A stretch of 61,919 bases of DNA, counting the filler, from Choristocarpus tenellus KU-1152 (lineage: Eukaryota > Protista > Phaeophyceae): assembly GCA_964200185.2 (NCBI GenBank). It is 11 parts of 11 records of this genome, joined end to end, with 100 filler letters (N's around TTAATTAATTAA, not from the genome) between each part and the next. Parts side by side here need not be neighbours in the genome. Positions count along the whole stretch, not along the records: positions 23,251 to 25,841 come from CAXNAD020026477.1; positions 25,942 to 30,258 come from CAXNAD020015139.1; positions 30,359 to 33,490 come from CAXNAD020022095.1; positions 33,591 to 43,286 come from CAXNAD020003468.1; 7 more parts are not named here. The stretch is one strand, 5' to 3'. A program made the translations under genes and the position numbers. Of this stretch, positions 24,332 to 35,770 are shown piece by piece (the first letter of the stretch is position 1; every line of letters begins with the position of its first letter). The notes below the pieces were generated by a model. It searched no databases and had not been told where the DNA came from. It saw only the letters and a list, made by a program, of their open reading frames with translations.

Positions 24332-27168
24332 TAAGGAGGATAGATTGGAACAGTGTGGCCGACTTTGCAACACTCATAAAATCAGAAGGCCTGGCTGCAC
24401 TCTACGCTGCTGCTATATGTTGGCCACCATCTCATGTAATGAGAAATTTAGATAGGATTGGAATATATGAGCAGGCTTCCTATATGTGTTGTACTTTATC
24501 ATGCCATAACTAGCGCTTGTGGTCAACCTTTTTGGGATGACTCACCACATTTTGCATAGCAGGAATCATTGAAAGTGCTGGAGGGAAACATGATGACAGA
24601 GAAAAGAGAGAATAATGGAGTGTCACCTTGCCTGTCGTTTACTCGCATTTTGTAGTACCCCAAGGTGTATTTTGGTATTATGTACAAACACCTACTAGTA
24701 CCACCTCGAGTTCATACCTACCAGTTGAGCATTGAAACACAACTATTTCCACAGTCCGTTTCTCTGCCTCCCATAGCAATGGACCATCGTTCATGTCTTA
24801 CATGGCATACAATAACATTGACTATGTCATCGATTGGGAGAGGGCTGAGACACACCAGCTACTCGTGTGACTGTAGGAATAAATGGAAAGAAACAAAAAT
24901 GCTCTCAAGATATTGAGGAGAGTAGAGCAAGTAAGATATAGTTGTAGCTTGGATAGAAGGCTGTGCAGGTCATTAAGCTGGTCAAGCATTTACCAACAAT
25001 TACGGGTTATTGTAGCACTACAGAGAGGAGTTTATTTGCTTAAGATGGAATAGACCAATAGACGTTCTTTTGTAGTTCATTGGGTATACTGGCAAGAAGC
25101 TACACAAAAGCGTGGCTGAAGCTGATACGGCATTGACTATGTTTACATCCCTTGTTGCATTTTGAGGAAGGAAATTGAGAGAGTGTTCATTAACCCCTAT
25201 TTATTGTTGTGTTGTGTATGTTGTGTGAGTGTGGAAAATTGCTCTCTCTTAGTGCATTTAGGTATTATCTTATCACCTCACTCATTTTCGTAGTGGTGTT
25301 ACAGATTATTGAAAATGATGCCAAAAACATAATTGCATTTTTTTGTGCAATCATGATGAGATAAATTGCATTAATACAACCAGCTACTTGCACACTACTA
25401 CCACTGCCGACTACACCAAACCGACTTCATGGTGATAGATTTACTGCATACAAGTAATTTGCTTTATAAAATTTGCCTTCTAGTTGAGAAATATGAGGTT
25501 GGAAATGCCATAAATTCCACCTGTTGTTCATCTTCCTTGATAATTTGTGCTCCCGCAGCTATTTATTCATCTAATATTTTTATTTAACAAATTAATTAGG
25601 ACGTGGTACCTACCAGTGGTAAGAAATGACAGGCACCTTACATATTTTGTCACACCAGCAGCCAACAACGATCATTTCATTGATTGTTTAAACAGTGGAT
25701 TAAAAAAATTGAGGATGGAGCTGGTCTATGAGGATGGTTTTTCTGCGAAAACGGTCTTGAAAAAGTACCGAAAGGTGTTGTTTTGCAACTGTTTTTGCAC
25801 TTGGAAGGGCCCTTTTTATGACCTTTTTTTGGAAATGTTTCNNNNNNNNNNNNNNNNNNNNNNNNNNNNNNNNNNNNNNNNNNNNTTAATTAATTAANNN
25901 NNNNNNNNNNNNNNNNNNNNNNNNNNNNNNNNNNNNNNNNNAAAAAAAAGCCTGATATTGGGGCATGGCCGTTTACTGCTTTCTCTATCCAGTGAAGTGG
26001 ACAACCATCCTCCCCCCCCCCCCCACCCCCTCCCCTTCCAAGTTTACTCTCTCGTGACTTTATACCTGCAGCACACTTGTCTGTAGAGCACTTGCTCAAG
26101 GACAATATACCACACACTGCAAAAAATTATAAAAATTATAGGGCTCTGTATGCGTAAAAAATGTATCACTGCGATTATCACACGTATGCTATCAAAATAG
26201 ACAATGTCCTAATGATCGTACAATTTGATGCGGATAACCCTCCAAAAGAAAAATCAAGTTGCTGCCCACAGGTTGTGAATCCAGGTCTTGTATTCCGAGT
26301 TTAAAAAGCGTTGCAAGGAACCCCGCCTGCTTGTTTCCGAAAGCGTCGTGGGAATACTGGAAACACCAACTTCAGATTAAGCAAATGAGAGGTCGATCTA
26401 AAGATCGTTTGCTCTAAAAACGTAAGAAATATAGAGATAAAACAAAACAGAAAAATATTAGTTCTTGGTATGGTACACCTTTTCACAGGTTCTACTCCAG
26501 TACCAGGGGAGAACCGAACATACACTACTCAAGTACCACAAGTCATACTTGCACAACTCGATGAGCACCCTGCCTAAGAGAGTCGTTCAGTACGCAAGAG
26601 GCACTCACAAAGGCATGGGATGCACTTGAGAACCGCAGTACTGCAAGAAGTACCACCGATTACAAAAAGAACTGAGGCAGTACCGATACTTCCAGGACTG
26701 CACGGTACTGATCAAGGACTGCAGTACTAGGAAACTTAGGATGGGGCATTCATCCCCGTTTAAAACGAGAAGCAGTGTCGACACCAACTATTCACTGGTC
26801 TACTCGGGTGACGACGCAGTTCTCGTTGGTACCTTCCCTAGCTCGATCAACATACATCAGCACCCATTCCCCTCACCGTCCACAACAAGTGTCTCAAACG
26901 GCTCGATTCATCACAATGATACACGAACGCCACCTGGTTTCAACACAGCTGACAGCTTGAACAATGATGAGCCTGCTGCTATCTCAAACGAAGCAGTACA
27001 TACTACAAAATATGAATGTGTATATAACCGGTAAGTTAACATGAGGTAAACTGTTACGATGTCAACCTCAATTCCTTCTATCTGTTCCGAAGGGTTTATT
27101 AAATTGCCAACGCCTTGTAGAACTGCGGTAGCTTGTCAATGACTCTCTTTGACACCCAACTCACTTAC

Positions 27169-28494
27169 ATTGTCTTCCATGCCCGGCAATGTCTGTGGGA
27201 TCCCCTTGCACACCTCCCCCATCGTGAACATGGTGGGACGGTTCAGAATGAGACCGGCTGTGCCACTTTCGCCACGCTCAATGATGAGGATAACTGCCCT
27301 GCAAGATGGACAAAGACCAACTGCTACTGTTAGCTTGAATGTCATGTTTGTCCATGGCATAAACTGGAGCGTGTTCAAGCCGCGCAGAGAGGTGCTGCAA
27401 ACCATCTACCGATGCTTTAAGAAGTTTAACATTCAGTAATACCTATTTTTCAATCCAAACCCATTTCAACAAACCGTGCTTCCCCAGTATGCTTCACTAG
27501 CCTGTTGAAATACTGCTGAGATGCTGTGAACTTGCCCTCCTTAGCCAGAACCAGACAGCCCAACTCTGGACGCGAAAGAGGGTGCACCCACCTATTGCTT
27601 CATGTATCGCATACGAGTCGAGTGCACAGGCGAAAGGGATGACTGTACAGGGAGAGTTCATTTGTGAGCAGCTGCGATTGCAGTCACATTGGCCACTACT
27701 GGAGGAAGTAGTGAAGGGTTTGTGGGCGGTTCAAGCAAAAAGACGCTGCAATGTTTGAGTCACACTACTTGGAAGTGGAACGTAGGCGAAGGCATGTCTC
27801 GGTGCACGCACATCAAACGACGACTTCTCGTTACTGGGTCAGAGACCACATTCCTATGGGAAGTGAACTATTATACATGCCACCACATATCATACCCCGA
27901 ATGCATGCCTCACAAGCCCTGGCTAAGGGGTTCAGTAGTCACCACGCAGTTCAATTGGCATTGTGAACATCAGTAGATTCATGGAGATCACCGATTGCAA
28001 CGCAGCCCCTTCCAAGGTTCATTTGATACTCACCTCTTCTGCACACGAGGGTCATTATTTCCCTCTCCCGAATCTTCCTGTTTACCCCAGTCATCCAGTC
28101 CTGTGTTCATTAGCCTCGCACGAAAATCCCGGACGTCCATCTCATCGACATCATCCGGAGGCCCCTCTACTTCTCTCTCATCATCAGCACAACTTTCGTG
28201 CGAGTCTCGCCTCGGCACCGAACCTTGCTCCGCTTTGGCTTCTTCCCCTGGTCCTCCTTCCCCGCTCGTGTCCTCCTTCTCCTGACCATCGTTGAAGGAA
28301 GCTCCAACCATACGGAACCCGGACGAGGAGCCTCTTCTACTGGTGTACACCGTTGACCTCCCTCTCCAACCCTTCGCCATCACCTCAGCGGGGATAGCAT
28401 TTCCCAGGATATTTCCCCCCGGGAAGCTCAGCGCCTTGTCCACTATCGTGTGGCCAAGGAAAACGACAACTAACTTGGTCCATCGAAGAACCAT
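27169..28494 (-). CDS. DUF179 (YqgE/AlgH-like) protein, likely plastid-targeted, 5' part; exons 28494-28034, 27591-27502, 27298-27169
   Basis: DVRDFRARLM (like DWRxFRARL), WVHPLSRPELGCLVLA, QQYFNRAVILIIERGESGTAGLILNRPT. Hydrophobic N-terminus ends ..ALS-F (ASAFAP-like). Remaining exons not found in the contig. Confidence 0.85.
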
Positions 28495-28767
28495 CACTTG
28501 TCTACCACCCACTCCTCGAGACGAAGGCCTAGAGTAGCAGTCCACGCCCACCTCGACGACACCCACTAGATCCGGTTAAGCAAACCCAGCCTGCAATGTC
28601 ACCTCCAACATGCCAAAACCCTCGTACTCTACGCTCTAATGTAGTCACTCACTATAAGTGACATGGGTTTGTACGCATGATATGTAAACAATTGAAGTCG
28701 AGTCCTAACCCTAATGAACAAGATCATTGTCAATGTATACAACACTACCCCCACAATTGATTTGATC
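28495..28767. promoter_or_regulatory. Putative bidirectional promoter/5'UTR region between the DUF179 and PAB genes
   Basis: About 270 bp separate the divergent ATGs; contains CCTAACCCTAA (about 28705) and AAACCC motifs; lies in a CpG-rich zone. Confidence 0.55.
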
Positions 28768-29763
28768 ATGTCTCGCCTGTATGGACGAGGTCTGGTGGGA
28801 ATGATGTTGACGACAGCATCCATGCACACCCATGCCTTCACATCTCGAGTACCTGTGGCAGTGAAATCGGTCCTGACAGTGACCAAGATGAGGAGCAAAG
28901 CCACAGTTACTAGCATGTGTTCAGGAAGTAGTGGTATCTCAGGTGCGGGAATGGATACCCAACGTTACGTGGACTTCATCAAGGATCAGGTATGTTCATC
29001 GAAGATATGTAAAACAGAGAGTGAGTTGCATCCCGTACCCTGATGGTTGTGGTGCACTCCTGGGCAACTCAAGTTTATCTTGTGGACTCACCACCGATCA
29101 TGTTAGACCTTGGTTGGGTAATCATGTTCGACTTACTGTACTCCTCTTCCCCGCTGCCTACAGTAGGCAATGTTCCCGAACCCCCCTAGGCGAATGTCGA
29201 TCCTGTTGCAAGTTCTCCAGTACAAAGGCTTGACTCTTGTGGATCCAGCAGAGAGAGCGGGTCTCAATCCCTTCTTCATCCCACTCGCGAAGGTGCAGTT
29301 GTGAGAAAATGACTGCGTGCGGGTTTTAACATAACTATGCTCTGCAGCAAAAGTCCGACTTGAGTTATCTGCATACCGATCCCTACTGAAACTACGTCAG
29401 ATAGAGGCAGGCTTGCGAAGGTGGATAGCCAGGTTTGCACGGGTGGTGGGTGACGAATTGTCCGCTAAAATGCAATGATTGTCAGATAAAGCATCTGGGG
29501 AATGACCCGGTCGCGAGAGGAGCTAACTAATGCAGTCTCTTACACTCGAGGCGACTCAAAAAATGACCTCCCTCTAGCAAAACGTGTAGAGCTCAGAAAT
29601 CACAAGACTGCCAACTCCTAACTGTTTATCAAAGATGTTGCTGACAACCTCTAAGCTCGAAATTGTATTTCCGATCCTATTGAACAAAACAATCCATGTT
29701 GTGGATGCTCAGGACAACAATGGGGAAATGACAGGCTTGCTGCGTTGGCCCACTGCCCCAGAG
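28768..29763 (+). CDS. PAB: PROTEIN IN CHLOROPLAST ATPASE BIOGENESIS homolog, 5' part; exons 28768-28989, 29167-29292, 29713-29763
   Basis: YVDFIKDQ-AMFPNPPRRMSILLQVLQYKGLTLVDPAERAGLNPFFIPLAK-DNNGEMTGLLRWPTAPE parallels plant PAB (FIKDVA..PP..L..LL.VL..RG...SP..KQGL.PL.IPL...G.VT.LLRWPTAP). N-terminus ..THA-F is a bipartite plastid-signal-like motif. Confidence 0.85.
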
Positions 29764-30655
29764 GTGAGGGAAAGAAACTTTCAGAGTTGCGATTAGGTTT
29801 GGAGGTGTCGTACCAACATATTTTTTTCGGGTCGCTTGTCTCCACAACTTACCATAACACCATTGAACTGCAGTGTTTCCAAAACGTCTCTCGGTCTAAG
29901 ACCAGTAGCCTTGGGGACTGGGTCTGAAGAAAGTTTTGCGGACTAGGGAAACCTGGTAGCACCTGCCGAGATTTAGGCAGACGTTGAATATTTGTAGTGC
30001 CACGAGAATCTGTTGCAATCACATCAAGTCGGATTGAACATTGGCCAAATATTTGGAGCTGTTGAGCGCATTTGTAACATATCGAATGGTACCCTCAGTT
30101 TCGTTACCCCTCCTCATTCCAGCTTTTGCTTTGGGGGACACACTGGTCCCCCCCTTTTTTGAAAGCGACCTTGGAAGTATTTCGGGGAAGGGGGTCATGT
30201 AGTTCGATCCACTCTGCCTTAGCCGACAGTAATGTGTCGGAAACTATGGTAGGTAGGGNNNNNNNNNNNNNNNNNNNNNNNNNNNNNNNNNNNNNNNNNN
30301 NNTTAATTAATTAANNNNNNNNNNNNNNNNNNNNNNNNNNNNNNNNNNNNNNNNNNNNTAGGGGGGGGGAAACAGCCCCCCCCCCCCCCCCCCTACTGAC
30401 TCACACGCATAAACCATAATGAAAAAAACAAAACACAGAGGAAGATGTCTACACACCCTCGAAAGGGTAGAGGGTAGGGAAACATTCACTACACTGCCTC
30501 CTCCTCCTCCTCCTCCTCCTCCTAACACAAGGCAACCACCGGTTACCCAATCAACACACCCCAGAGAGGGTTTTCATTAAGTGTCCGCAAAGGCCGCAAA
30601 CGAAAAAAAAAATGCTACACGAGGGACTCGTCTCCCGCAATCGAACTAAACTCAC

Positions 30656-32467
30656 CTGTTGTTCCAGTGCGTCGCCTTCCAATAAACCTCTCTCTTAAAC
30701 CGAGACAAGTACACCAGGACGTCACTGCTCTCGGGAAGATCATCCTCAGTCAGCCCACCAACATCGACAACCTCGTCGTCCTCCTCCTCCACCCCAAACT
30801 CTCCACCCAACCCCTCGCCAGACAACCCCTGCCCTTCAGCCGAAGGCTTCCCTGACTCCTTTTCCAACTTTTCACCCCCACGATGGGTCGCACCCATCTC
30901 TTCCTCACCGTCTGGTTCACTCTCCGCTGCATTACCCAATAGAACCACAGGGTCGAGGGCAGTCTTGGCGACATCACCACCACCATCACCCCCACCATCA
31001 CTCCCAGGAGCAACCATGGTAGGCGTGCTTCCTGTCGCTGTCACTGAAGTGGAAGACCCCTCTGTACCCCTCACCCCCACAGACCCCAACGACTTCGTCG
31101 ACTCGGGTGACTGGGGGGCTGGGGAGGGAACAAAAACAATCCCACTGCCATGAAGTCCAGCTCCTGATCCTCCTCCCCCCATATCCTGCGCCCCTGAAAC
31201 CGCAACGCCGCTTGCATGCGCTGCCTCCCCTGCCTCACCCTCCAAAGCCTGTGTGTCACTAACGGATAACCCTGAGTCCACTTCACCCCCCACCTTCACT
31301 CGCTGCCCTTCCCCCTGAAACAGCTGCCCTTGATGCTCCGAGGTCTGACCCCCCCCTCCGCCGATGCCAACGCCTTCCTTCTCCACAACAGTCACAGGCG
31401 CGGTCCCGCCCTCATCCTGAGCCTGCCCCATAGCTAGTACCTGTCCCTGCTCAGACCCTGCCTCCTTCCCCCCCCCACCCGCTGCTTCACCTGTCTCTGC
31501 AACAGCTTTCTCAATAGTTTTGTCTGAGATCGAGGTTTGACCCTGTTGTGACTGATTATTGGTTTTGCTCTCCTCAACACCCCCTACACCTCCTGTCTCC
31601 TCCTCCTCAGCTGCCACTGACCCAACTCCAGAACCAGAACCCTCACCCCCTCTACCCTTGGGGGTTTCTACAGGGCCAGCTGTATCCGTTGTCACTGAGG
31701 GGGGAGGAGGATTTGATTCAGTCATAACCGATTGAAGCGCCTCCTGGAAAAGCTGCAACGACGCCTTGGCCTGTTGACAATTACACACATGAAGGGGTAC
31801 GAAAGGGAACACACAGTAAGGGTTAGGGTTAGACAGCTTCATTTCAGTTACTTTACTATACACACACAAACACACACACACACAGAAAAAAACAAAAAAA
31901 TGCCATCGGCGTACTACTGTAAAGACTTTCTCGGGGAGGAACGGACTTCCTATTATGGCACAGAGTCACAGAGTGAAGGTTTCAGATAATGCAGCCGTTA
32001 CAATGTTGCTGGAAGTGATGATGCAGGATTGGAGCTGTTACAAAGAGAGCCAAAAAATAATCTCCACAACTGCTTCTGACGCACACAAACAAACGCCCTC
32101 GACGAAACCAACTCAATAGAAGAAGATAACGCCTTCCAAGGAGTGCAGACCTGTCCTGCCCTGCCTTGCCTTGCCCTGCCCTGCCCTGCCCTGCCCTCTG
32201 ACATTCCTCAAGCCCATTTGATCGTTTCCTTTTTCACACAGTTTCTGAACAAACACAAACAAATTCATGCTACAATAGGCATACACACACAAAACATACC
32301 ACTTCGAAAAAAAATAAAATCGATAGGGTTAGGGTTAATCTCACCGCCGGCAGCTTCGATACCACTCTCCTGTAACGCGACATGGCCTCCAACACCTCCG
32401 ACAACATGGCTCCAAGCTCCAGCCGAACCATGGACGCCTCCTGCACCACGACCCACAACGCCTCCAT
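30656..32467 (-). CDS. Two internal exons (32467-32345, 31770-30656) of a large protein with a long G/E/S-rich linker; possibly the Fab1/PIKfyve central region
   Basis: Canonical, phase-compatible splice sites and a 1.1-kb open exon. DVLVYLSRFKREVYWKATHWNNR resembles the Fab1 D-x-L-x-LN-x-LRR-x-L...W-x-x-RL helix. The exons are well supported; the identity is weak. Confidence 0.55.
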
Positions 32468-32899
32468 CTAATACAAACGATGGTTCGTGCAAGGAGAGCG
32501 ATGCTCGTGCGTTTAGACACGAGATCATGAAGAAGAGGACAAGTTGATCGGTTTGAGACCGAACATTTTGAAAAATAAGAAACAAGAAAACAAGAAAACA
32601 AGATAAGAAAAAAAAAAAGAAAACGGCTCCGAGGTGATGCAACCAGCTGGTGTGTCGAGGTCTTAGTGCAATGGTGTTGAGATCAAACCAACCGGACAAA
32701 GGGGAAGAGTCGCAAGGATGGAGAATCAGGCCAGATTGTTCTTAGCGCAACAACCCAAGGGTTATGGCATACTACATTTTACATCACTTGACCGAGAAAA
32801 AAATAATAATAAGAGTTGAAAAAAAAAAATTAATAATAATAATAATAATAATAATAACAATAATAACAGTAACAACTCTAGAGAGCAGAAGCATGTGTG

Positions 32900-32941
<42 letters not shown>

Positions 32942-33239
32942 TGCAGCAAGGGTGAGATGTATAGAGATTCATGCCCAAACGTAACAGGTTCAGTTTCACG
33001 TCAACGTTTGGAGATACACATCTACTTCATGGTTGTGTACAGGCACACCACGCAATGCAATTTTGTTGTTTAGGGTACTTGGGATACATACATGCACACA
33101 CACACACATATATATATACTAAAACAACAATTTCTTACGCAATCAGTGTTCCACTCCAGTGCTCAAGAAATCAACCAAGGGAGCTACACCTCAGAATGGA
33201 CCTTAGGGATGACGAGGACGACTCCCAGTACACCAAAAA

Positions 33240-33271
<32 letters not shown>

Positions 33272-34939
33272 CAAAAAACAAGAAAATTGTGAGGCCAGAG
33301 CTCCGTTCTGTCCTTCAACAACCCAAAAATAACAATGCATCTCCCTGTGTAATCCAGTGCCCTCACCACACCCAGCACACAATCCACGCAAGCTACTTCG
33401 TCCCTCGAGAGCCGCCGCCCCCCCCCCCCCCCCCCACACCCCCCCCCCCCCCCAAACCCCACCCCCCCCCCCCTCTTCTTTTCTTTTCTTNNNNNNNNNN
33501 NNNNNNNNNNNNNNNNNNNNNNNNNNNNNNNNNNTTAATTAATTAANNNNNNNNNNNNNNNNNNNNNNNNNNNNNNNNNNNNNNNNNNNNTTTTTTTTGT
33601 AACCCAAACCCCTCGCGTTCCCCGGTCCTCCCCCCCGGCCCCCCGGGTTGGGGGGGGGGGGGCACAGGCGGAACACTTCCGAGAACTTTCCTCTTCCTTC
33701 TACTCGGGGTTGAATCTCTCTTGGGATTGGATCCACCCATACTCCTCCTCTGTGCAGATCAAGTTGTTGGCACGTGGGAGACAAAAGAAACTCGCGAAAG
33801 GCCCTCCTCGGTCAGTAGGCACAAGGAGGGGAGAGTGCAGAGGTCACAATCCCTACTCCCCCGCCATCCAAACCCATCACGATTTTGAAAAAATCGGACG
33901 GGATGAGGAGGAGGGGTGGGGGGGGCGAATTTGCCGTGGTATACAAAAAAATAAAATAAAATTCCAGAATATATATATATATATATATATTTATTTTTTA
34001 AGGCGTTACATGTTTTGGGGTTTCTTCAAAATGCATTGTTGGAACAAAAGAAAAAGGTTTTCCTAGAGGTGGCGGTGGCGGTGGCGGTGGAGCTCGATAG
34101 AGGAGCATTTCCGATGAGCTGACTCTCGTTGATTGGGTGCAGTGAATGAAGCACCTTGTTTACTGTTGGCAAGAACGCTTCTTGAGCATGCACACACAGA
34201 AATTCAAATTCAAATCCTTGGGCTTTGGTGTCTCGTGCGTTCTTCGTACACGCACTGAAAATAAAAATAATTAAGAGGTTTTTTTTTTTTTTGGGGGGGG
34301 GGTGAACGCATTTGTGTACACTTAGAGCACGCGATTGTATCGGTGTGTGTATACTGTACACACAGGCATAGACAGAGTATCGTTGGTGCACAAGCTATGC
34401 ACAGATAGGCACAGAAAGCACGTCATTGGTTCATGTGCTGTACGCCATCGTATAACATCGGTGTGCATTCCATAGACACATGGAAATATATATATGTGTA
34501 TATTATTTATTGCTGTACATGCTATGTACACGTGAGAATAGTGTGTTCTTGGTGCATGCATTATGCGCACGTAGAGACTGTTTTCTCAAGTGTGTGCATT
34601 AACGCCTTCCATTACATGTCATGCACATACAGCAAAAATGAACATACTTGTTGCACAATATACACATAGAAAATATACGCGTTGAACCTACACACAACGG
34701 CTGTGCACGGGACCAAACGCACGGCGAGCCCTAACCCTAAGAAAAAAAAGAGAAATATTTTCTAGATGAATGATATCGCCTCGGTACAGGAGCAATTATA
34801 ATAACATAAATATTAAAATAATAATAATAAATTATATATATGTGTGTGTGTATCCCGTTCAGGCTCTGGTCAACCTTTAGGAACAAGCACAACTATCAAA
34901 TAGACAGAACAAAAATAATTAGTACTCTCTCTTTCACAA

Positions 34940-35142
34940 ACACAGACACAGACACAGACATAGGCCAAGACAAAGACACAGATACAGGCACAGGCCAAGA
35001 CACAGATACAGGCACAGGCCAAGACACAGATACAGGCACAGGCCAAGACAAAGACACAGACACAAACACACAGGCAGGCACAGGCACAGGCACAGACACA
35101 CAGGCAGGCACAGACACAGACAAAGACACAGACACACAGACA
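34940..35142. repeat. Intronic compound hexamer repeat (GACACA/GGCACA/GGCCAA)
   Basis: Visible 6-bp periodicity with 24-bp higher-order units. Confidence 0.9.
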
Positions 35143-35196
35143 CTCATGTATAGTCGCCTGAGTAGTATACATTGTAGTATACATTGTCAATCTCAC

Positions 35197-35322
35197 CTGC
35201 CCGTAGGTGTTCTTCCCGGTTTTCTCAGCACACTTGAGGAGAGCTACAATGTTATCAGTCGACACAAACGCGACAATCAGCAGGGACATCACGGCGGCCA
35301 CCAACCCTCCGTTGTGCATCAT
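35197..35322 (-). CDS. Internal exon of an Aa_trans (SLC36/AVT-like) amino acid transporter
   Basis: CAG|MMHNGGLVAAVMSLLIVAFVSTDNIVALLKCAEKTGKNTYGQ|GTGAG; matches the TM2 region pattern NGG...LL.C......YG. Confidence 0.7.
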
Positions 35323-35739
35323 CTGATATATATATTTTTTTTTTGAGTCGTTTTTTTTGTTTTTTGGTTTCCGAATCAGGTCAGAAATTTCGTGATCGTC
35401 GAGAGATTGCCCACCCATTCATGCACCCCGACCAACCAACATCCACCACATGTTCCACCCCGTCGCGTGCGTGAGGATATAGAAAAAAAAGAAGACGAAA
35501 AAGAGGTAGTCGGTGAAGTGGATGCGAAATGTATGCAGTAGCTGGGGGGAGTTCATATGGCAGTCGAAGGGGTTTTTATTCGGGTTAGTGCAGGAGTTGT
35601 GGAGGTTTGTTCTCCAAATTAGAGAGACGGTAGAGCTGAGAAGTGGAAAGCAGAGGGATTTTGTTTGTAGCGATTGTGAAGCGTTTGGTTTGAAAAAGAA
35701 AAGAACATTTCAAGTCATTCGATTAGAGGCAACAAACAT

Positions 35740-35770
<31 letters not shown>

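Noticed and set aside
3098-29166. TAG codon reassignment, suggested by several in-frame TAGs
   Set aside because: POLK and TBCC end in TAG at the expected places. The in-frame TAGs are in dead transposons or at a splice acceptor.
34840-35418. Long ORFs on both strands (DTDTG-rich and CVCAC-rich)
   Set aside because: They are translations of an intronic hexamer repeat; only 35197-35322 behaves as an exon.
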